A DNA stretch of 64,000 bases. Source: Chiloscyllium plagiosum (Eukaryota). Below, one piece after another: positions 61,001 through 64,000 of the stretch. The DNA lies in the NCBI RefSeq assembly GCF_004010195.1, contig NC_057751.1:19149462-19213461 (forward strand), read 5' to 3'. The first letter of the stretch is position 1. The number at the start of each line of letters is the position of its first letter. The position numbers were made by a program, and so were the translations under genes. The notes beneath the pieces were generated by a model. The model had not been told where the DNA came from. It saw only the letters and a list, made by a program, of their open reading frames with translations, and did no database searches.

Positions 61001-63337
61001 TGGAAGGTTTACTTTCATATAGTCTAAGCATTAGTCTATATGTAGACCACAACTTCCTGCATGCAGCCGGGAAAGGGACCTCAATAGGCTTTAGGCTTCT
61101 CTCCTTGAATGTGCAAAGGATCTAAAGCCTGCACCCTGGACATCTCTTTATATACCTTTGTCAATAAAGTGGGCCATGCACTTGCAGTGTGGAATATTGG
61201 TGTACCAGCTGCCTACCATATTGGACAGTTTGGCACCTGGTTTATGCCTTGAAGATAGAGACTCAATGAATGATTAGAACTTGGTATCAAAAGGCCTGAA
61301 GCTGACCACGTAACTTTCTACTGAAACTGATCATTCACAATTAATAATCCATAATGATTGGAAATATCCAATAGATTGGTGACAAAAAAAAGAGAATATT
61401 TCAGTTAATCTGAACTCCATCTTAACAGTCTGTTAGTTTATCGAGGTTTGTAATGATTACAACAGCACAGTAATTGCATGCTGACCAACTCCATGAGCAT
61501 TTGGATTGTAATTGTCACAGCCAGATACCATGCACAATGTCAGCAGTATACAGGACGTTGAGGGACAAGTACTACAACCTCTCCTCCTAACATTTCAAGT
61601 CTTCAATTTGGCTCTGTCTTACTGCTGCCATAGCATATACCAAGTAAGTAGCACTCTGCTACTGACTGAGGCAGAGTCTTTCCCTGAGAGACATAGGTTC
61701 CCTGTCTCAAATGTTGGAAGACTGACTCTGATCTTTGGGGATACAGGCCGCAATCTCATCCTGGACCCTCCCAGTGAGGTCCACATCAGCCCATCAGGAG
61801 GCCAGTACATTACAACTCATTCCACTCGAATGATCAGCCTCCAACCCTACACTGGGTCCCTTTGAAACAGAGGAAGTGGGAGCTTCCATTGTAAGGAGTC
61901 CCTGTGCTTGGCCCAGTCCAACAACCACAATCCCCACCTCAGGATTGACTTTGTATGGAACAGGGAGGCATTTGTCTCCAAACAAAACAACAATACATCC
62001 CAATGCAAATCTGACTGCTGGCACAGTTTGTGGCCCTTTCATTGAGGTTTGAGCAGGAGAATGCCAGAATGCCCAACATTAACAATGTAGAAAACACAAA
62101 AGAAAGACACAATTCCATTAAAAACCTCACAATTAATGTCACTACTTAATGTTTTCCACATGCAGACCTGTCCTCTGACTGCAGGTGTTCACCTCGGTCT
62201 TGGATGAAGAGATACTATGCATTAATTTTGTGTGATGGAGCAAGAAAGGGAGATGCATCTTAGTAACTGTAGCTTTCACAGTGCTCTGTGAACTGTCAGT
62301 CACCAGAGTACACCATAACGCATGGGACAATAAATGATAATTTACTATTTATAGAAAGAGCGATCAAAATAAAACAGCTGCAATATTTAAAGATTTGATC
62401 TCTTGAGCTAAAAGTAGGGTTTGGGATTTCAGCAGGCAGTCAGACAACTCAGCAGCATGGAGAGCTAAAGCTGGGCAGTGTAGATCCAGAAGCTGACTCC
62501 ATGCCAAGGGGTGAAATTACTGACGGGTAAGATGTAAATGAAGGATGGGAGTCGTGTGTGTGTGTGAACAGTGGTTTGTTCGCAGCACACAAGCCAAACT
62601 GAAGCGTTTCCAAGCTGAGAGTGGTGGGAGAGATCCCTGCAGTCTTGCATGAACTTGAAGAATGTGTGGTTTATAGGCTTTTAAAGGAGATGGCAGTGAA
62701 CAGCAGCAATTTGGGAGGTCTTGAGAGGGATGGGTCCCAAGGTTCATCAAGTTGAGTATGCGGAGGATTGGTAGGAAAAGGGGAGATGATGAGAAACTGG
62801 GGCTCAGCTGAAAACGTTCCACATCTTAAGACATGTACTTCCTTAACCTCCTAGGTATCACTGATATCTGGGCTAAACCACCACCTCTCCAATCTGCTCT
62901 ATTGTTTCTCAACACTCTGGATGTCCTGGTTTGGGGATGTGATTGAAAACTCTGACTTTATGTATAGGTCTCTTTGACAAGGCAGTGGTGAAGATGAGGT
63001 CTCAAAGTATTTATGTTGTGGAATAAGAAAATGCAAATCCAATCTCTGCTCTGGACTTTGCATGAGCCTACATGAATGGAAAGACACCTCACTTGGGAGC
63101 AGAGGAACCCCAGAGCAGACAGATCTGCACCCTATGGCTTCCAGTCCAAAGGATCACAATTCTGATGATTACCTGCCCATCTAACTGATAGCAGCAGGTT
63201 ACGTCTGTGAGAACTGAGGAGGGGGCTCACTCTGCCTGTGGTTTCCTTCAGTATTACCAAGAACGGTACTTACAGTTACTGACGACACCGCCCAATGGAT
63301 CACCCTTGAAATCAAACTCAATATCCATGTATTTTCC
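18917..63337 (-). CDS. MYO1A: Unconventional myosin-I, MYO1A-like (motor domain from just after switch I, IQ neck, TH1 tail; 23 coding exons; 5' exons beyond the window)
   Basis: Motifs [47 protein letters not shown] (acidic TEDS residue at -16), [67 protein letters not shown] motifs, TH1 tail ending [19 protein letters not shown] and RKYF favour MYO1A, as does the TIMELESS neighbourhood (both on human 12q13). MYO1B is not formally excluded. Confidence 0.85.
19136..20891. repeat. G-rich minisatellite, about 50-70 bp unit (gggagtgtttgatggggggacagtgtagagggagctttactctgtatctaaccccctgtccct), roughly 25 copies
   Basis: Direct tandem array filling most of the last myosin intron. Confidence 0.95.
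19526..19718. mobile_element. Palindromic Penelope-derived insertion (family A), 77-bp inverted arms, 16-bp TSD
   Basis: Arms 19524-19600 and 19606-19682; TSD tagagagagctttact at 19510-19525 and 19719-19734. Confidence 0.85.
21017..21144 (-). CDS. MYO1A: Myosin-I TH1 exon ([43 protein letters not shown])
   Basis: ttccag acceptor, gtaagt donor, 128 nt. Confidence 0.93.
21963..22115 (-). CDS. MYO1A: Myosin-I TH1 exon ([19 protein letters not shown]...[11 protein letters not shown])
   Basis: ttctag acceptor, gtgagc donor, 153 nt. Confidence 0.93.
22691..22823 (-). CDS. MYO1A: Myosin-I TH1 exon ([45 protein letters not shown])
   Basis: tgtcag acceptor, gtaagg donor, 133 nt. Confidence 0.93.
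23563..23669 (-). CDS. MYO1A: Myosin-I TH1 exon ([35 protein letters not shown])
   Basis: tttcag acceptor, gtacta donor, 107 nt. Confidence 0.93.
24332..24427. mobile_element. Short insertion with 13-bp TSD and a small internal inversion (probable further Penelope-terminus family)
   Basis: aactgactaaagt at 24319-24331 and 24428-24440; ggatgtaagtt / aacttacatcc inverted. Confidence 0.6.
24856..25149 (-). mobile_element. tRNA-derived SINE (HE1-like)
   Basis: Head at 25149; (ttaga)n tail at 24856. Confidence 0.87.
26676..26810 (-). CDS. MYO1A: Myosin-I exon ([45 protein letters not shown])
   Basis: ttaaag acceptor, gtcaga donor, 135 nt. Confidence 0.93.
27636..27710 (-). CDS. MYO1A: Myosin-I exon ([25 protein letters not shown])
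   Basis: tctcag acceptor, gtgagt donor, 75 nt. Confidence 0.92.
28280..28785 (-). mobile_element. Degenerate CR1-clade LINE 3' fragment
   Basis: Similar to the CR1 3' copies at 45607-46270 and 48830-49450. Confidence 0.65.
29517..29722. mobile_element. Palindromic insertion (family B) nested in a CR1 fragment (about 29340-29950)
   Basis: About 80-bp inverted arms around ctgatgaaggagc..gctcc.aaagcttg; acccaga duplicated on both sides. Confidence 0.75.
30394..30480 (-). CDS. MYO1A: Myosin-I extra IQ-like cassette exon ([29 protein letters not shown])
   Basis: ttgtag acceptor, gtaaaa donor, 87 nt, phase 0/0; IAAYWHG resembles the MYO1B neck repeat. Confidence 0.88.
31686..31754 (-). CDS. MYO1A: Myosin-I exon, IQ3 ([23 protein letters not shown])
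   Basis: tcacag acceptor, gtgagt donor, 69 nt. Confidence 0.93.
32537..32686 (-). CDS. MYO1A: Myosin-I exon, IQ1-IQ2 ([50 protein letters not shown])
   Basis: ttccag acceptor, gtaagt donor, 150 nt. Confidence 0.95.
33218..33311 (-). CDS. MYO1A: Myosin-I exon ([31 protein letters not shown])
   Basis: ctgaag acceptor, gtgagt donor, 94 nt. Confidence 0.94.
33863..34432 (-). mobile_element. CR1-clade LINE 3' fragment, preceded by a family-B remnant (33737-33856)
   Basis: Typical CR1 tail agagtcatag..acagaaacagacccttcgg; decayed RT C-terminus. Confidence 0.75.
34466..34666 (-). CDS. MYO1A: Myosin-I exon (CIKPNDTK...[18 protein letters not shown]...[10 protein letters not shown])
   Basis: tcacag acceptor, gtaaga donor, 201 nt. 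Confidence 0.95.
35065..35352 (-). mobile_element. tRNA-derived SINE (HE1-like)
   Basis: Reverse-complement head ctaaccactgagccaccgtgcc. Confidence 0.85.
35430..35656 (-). CDS. MYO1A: Myosin-I exon ([21 protein letters not shown]...KNPNYIR)
   Basis: ttccag acceptor, gtagga donor, 227 nt. Confidence 0.95.
35766..35954. mobile_element. Palindromic Penelope-derived insertion (family A) containing an intact hammerhead
   Basis: Inverted arms; tcactct duplicated at 35755 and 35955. Confidence 0.8.
35853..35904 (+). ncRNA. Minimal type I hammerhead ribozyme motif (Penelope-type)
   Basis: Stem I agcaggaggauc/gauucuccugcu; CUGAUGA; A; stem II GGGC-uuau-GCCC; GAAA; palindromic ACGU; GUU cleavage triplet ending at 35892. 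Confidence 0.75.
36567..36767 (-). CDS. MYO1A: Myosin-I exon ([19 protein letters not shown]...[11 protein letters not shown])
   Basis: ttgcag acceptor, gtgagt donor, 201 nt. Confidence 0.95.
36951..37223 (+). mobile_element. tRNA-derived SINE (HE1-like)
   Basis: Head ggcatggtggctcagtggttagcactgctgcc; B-box ggttcgattc. Confidence 0.85.
37362..37872 (-). mobile_element. CR1-clade LINE RT C-terminal fragment
   Basis: [17 protein letters not shown]...[14 protein letters not shown]...RTRGHRF...[14 protein letters not shown]. Confidence 0.9.
37961..38023 (-). CDS. MYO1A: Myosin-I exon ([21 protein letters not shown])
   Basis: tttcag acceptor, gtactt donor, 63 nt. Confidence 0.93.
38379..38483 (-). 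CDS. MYO1A: Myosin-I exon ([35 protein letters not shown])
   Basis: cttag acceptor, gtaagc donor, 105 nt. Confidence 0.95.
38723..39358 (+). mobile_element. HE1-like SINE with an internal tandem amplification (about 52-bp unit, about 7 copies, 38880-39240)
   Basis: Repeated gggatgtgcaggttagggtggattggccatgctaaattgtcc.gtagtg. Confidence 0.87.
40108..40173 (-). CDS. MYO1A: Myosin-I exon ([22 protein letters not shown]), switch II
   Basis: ttcaag acceptor, gtgagt donor, 66 nt. Confidence 0.95.
40780..41936 (+). mobile_element. Degenerate CR1-clade LINE (RT to 3' end)
   Basis: SQ.GF..G....[34 protein letters not shown]; tgactcta tail. Confidence 0.88.
42368..42454 (-). CDS. MYO1A: Myosin-I exon ([29 protein letters not shown])
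   Basis: gtacag acceptor, gtaatc donor, 87 nt. Confidence 0.95.
42762..42960 (-). mobile_element. Probable tRNA-derived SINE of a second family
   Basis: Ends in ccagccaaccgagctaac (A-box gttagctc.gttgg on -), with a B-box-like ttgaactc. Confidence 0.5.
43077..43195 (-). CDS. MYO1A: Myosin-I exon ([40 protein letters not shown])
   Basis: gtgcag acceptor, gtgaag donor, 119 nt. Confidence 0.94.
43614..44932 (+). mobile_element. Young CR1-clade LINE (RT to 3' end), interrupted by a family-A palindrome (43744-43869) and an assembly gap
   Basis: [50 protein letters not shown]; 15-bp TSD atgtatttggaaagg at 43729-43743 and 43870-43884. Confidence 0.92.
44131..44574. other. Assembly gap (444 N)
   Basis: Run of n. 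Confidence 1.
45050..46270 (-). mobile_element. Two adjacent CR1-clade LINE 3' fragments (about 45050-45590 and 45607-46270)
   Basis: [22 protein letters not shown] motifs on -. Confidence 0.8.
46479..46678. mobile_element. Palindromic insertion (family C) with a hammerhead-like core on the - strand
   Basis: Arms cagaagttgctggaaaagctcagcaggtct / agacctgctgagcttttccagcaacttctg; - strand reads CTGAGGA-A-GGGTC-tcct-GACCT-GAAA-CGTT. Confidence 0.7.
46705..46793 (+). mobile_element. Family-A fragment, 13-bp TSD tgctccctgaatg
   Basis: TSD at 46692-46704 and 46794-46806. Confidence 0.75.
47003..47194. mobile_element. Palindromic family-A insertion at a myosin splice donor
   Basis: Inverted arms; flanks ccttacctttcgtagcg and ccttacctttagtatcg. 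Confidence 0.8.
47199..47346 (-). CDS. MYO1A: Myosin-I exon ([49 protein letters not shown])
   Basis: ttgcag acceptor, gtaagg donor, 148 nt. Confidence 0.94.
48830..49450 (-). mobile_element. Degenerate CR1-clade LINE 3' fragment
   Basis: [14 protein letters not shown]...GDLIK motif. Confidence 0.7.
50058..50161 (-). CDS. MYO1A: Myosin-I exon ([35 protein letters not shown])
   Basis: ccacag acceptor, gtaagt donor, 104 nt. Confidence 0.93.
50507..51369 (+). mobile_element. CR1-clade LINE 3' fragment (50626-51339) enclosed by family-B arms (50507-50625, 51341-51369)
   Basis: [13 protein letters not shown]...[19 protein letters not shown]; (ttctatg)n tail; flanking inverted family-B sequence. 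Confidence 0.85.
51811..51909 (-). CDS. MYO1A: Myosin-I exon ([33 protein letters not shown])
   Basis: tttcag acceptor, gtgagt donor, 99 nt. Confidence 0.95.
52430..56646. mobile_element. Cluster of nested CR1-clade LINE fragments (mostly -; 56190-56646 on +)
   Basis: Several RT ORFs: [45 protein letters not shown]. Confidence 0.9.
58600..59400 (-). mobile_element. CR1-clade LINE 3' fragment with a nested family-A palindrome (58737-58937) and a 112-bp tandem duplication
   Basis: 11-bp TSD acccttcctat at 58726-58736 and 58938-58948. Confidence 0.85.
58843..58878 (+). ncRNA. Minimal hammerhead ribozyme core (Penelope-type), short stem I
   Basis: auuc-CUGAUGA-A-GGGC-uuuu-GCCU-GAAA-CGUC-gauu. 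Confidence 0.6.
60033..60244. repeat. 53-bp tandem repeat, 4 copies
   Basis: ctgtttactgctggccatttgctgactgtttgcgtctgatcatttgttattgg. Confidence 0.92.
63274..63337 (-). CDS. MYO1A: Myosin-I exon ([21 protein letters not shown])
   Basis: tttag acceptor, gtaagt donor on -, 64 nt. Confidence 0.95.
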
Positions 63338-63479
63338 CTAAACGGAGAAATGTGGAAACTCAGTTTATCAGAAACACAAATGCTGAAAATGTTAGCTTTA
63401 TTGCTATCCATAAAAATCCCAAAGCAGCCCCACCCCATCATAAGGAAAAAGAAATCCTCTCTCACTCTTCCTGCTCCAA

Positions 63480-63815
63480 TACTGGGTGGCAGGGTGAGCT
63501 GTGAGGAGGGTGCAGAGATGCTTCAGTGTGACTTAGACAAGTTGAGTAAGTGGGGAATTGCATAACAGATGAAGTATAATGTGGGTAAATGTGAGATTAT
63601 CCACTTTGGGAGCAGAGCAGGAAGGTAGATCATTATCTGAATGGCAATAGATTGTGAAAGGGGGGAGGTGCAGTGAGACCTGGGTGGCCCTCATACCCCA
63701 GTCGCTGAAAGCAAGTATTGCAGAAGCAGCAGGCAATGAAGAGGGTAAATGATATGTTGGCCTTCATAGTGAGAGGAAGTACAGGAATGGGGATGTCTTG
63801 CTGTAATTGTACAGC
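63480..63815 (+). mobile_element. Degenerate CR1-clade LINE RT fragment
   Basis: LQCDLDKLSKW...MKYNVGKCEIIHFG motif. Confidence 0.75.
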
Positions 63816-63834
63816 TGTTCCTCATCTCTAAGCT

Positions 63835-64000
63835 GGGCGGCACGGTGGCTCAATGGTTAGCACTGCTGCCTCACAGTCCCAGGTTCGATTCCAGCCTCGG
63901 GCGACTGTCTGTGTGGAGTTTGTACATTCTCCCCGTGTCTGTGTGGGTTTGCTCTGGTTTCCTCCCACAGTCCAAAGATGTGCAGGCCAGGTGAATTGGC
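63835..64000 (+). mobile_element. tRNA-derived SINE (HE1-like), cut by the window end
   Basis: Head gggcggcacggtggctca.tggttagcactgctgcctcacag. Confidence 0.85.

Overview
Vertebrate genomic DNA, inferred from its repeat content to be a cartilaginous fish (shark). It holds two convergent intron-containing genes. On the + strand is the 3' part of TIMELESS: 16 coding exons, 353..15515, all splice phases consistent, with one near-certain and one probable GC-AG intron. On the - strand is a class I myosin, best called MYO1A (brush-border myosin I; paralogue MYO1B not excluded): 23 coding exons from 63337 to the stop at 18917, with its 5' exons beyond the window. The introns are dense with CR1-clade LINE fragments, tRNA-derived SINEs (HE1-like and Deu-core-like) and a 1.75-kb minisatellite; there is a 444-N assembly gap. 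The most interesting non-genic signal is a set of short, mostly palindromic insertions with target-site duplications (TSDs). One family shares its terminus with a Penelope-like (GIY-YIG) retroelement fragment. At least three sequence families carry minimal hammerhead-ribozyme cores (CUGANGA-A-stem II-GAAA-palindrome-UH) whose stem II differs in sequence but stays paired. The copy at 35853-35904 folds into a complete hammerhead. Another insertion duplicated a myosin splice donor in frame. All calls are by eye, with no database searches; repeat boundaries are approximate.
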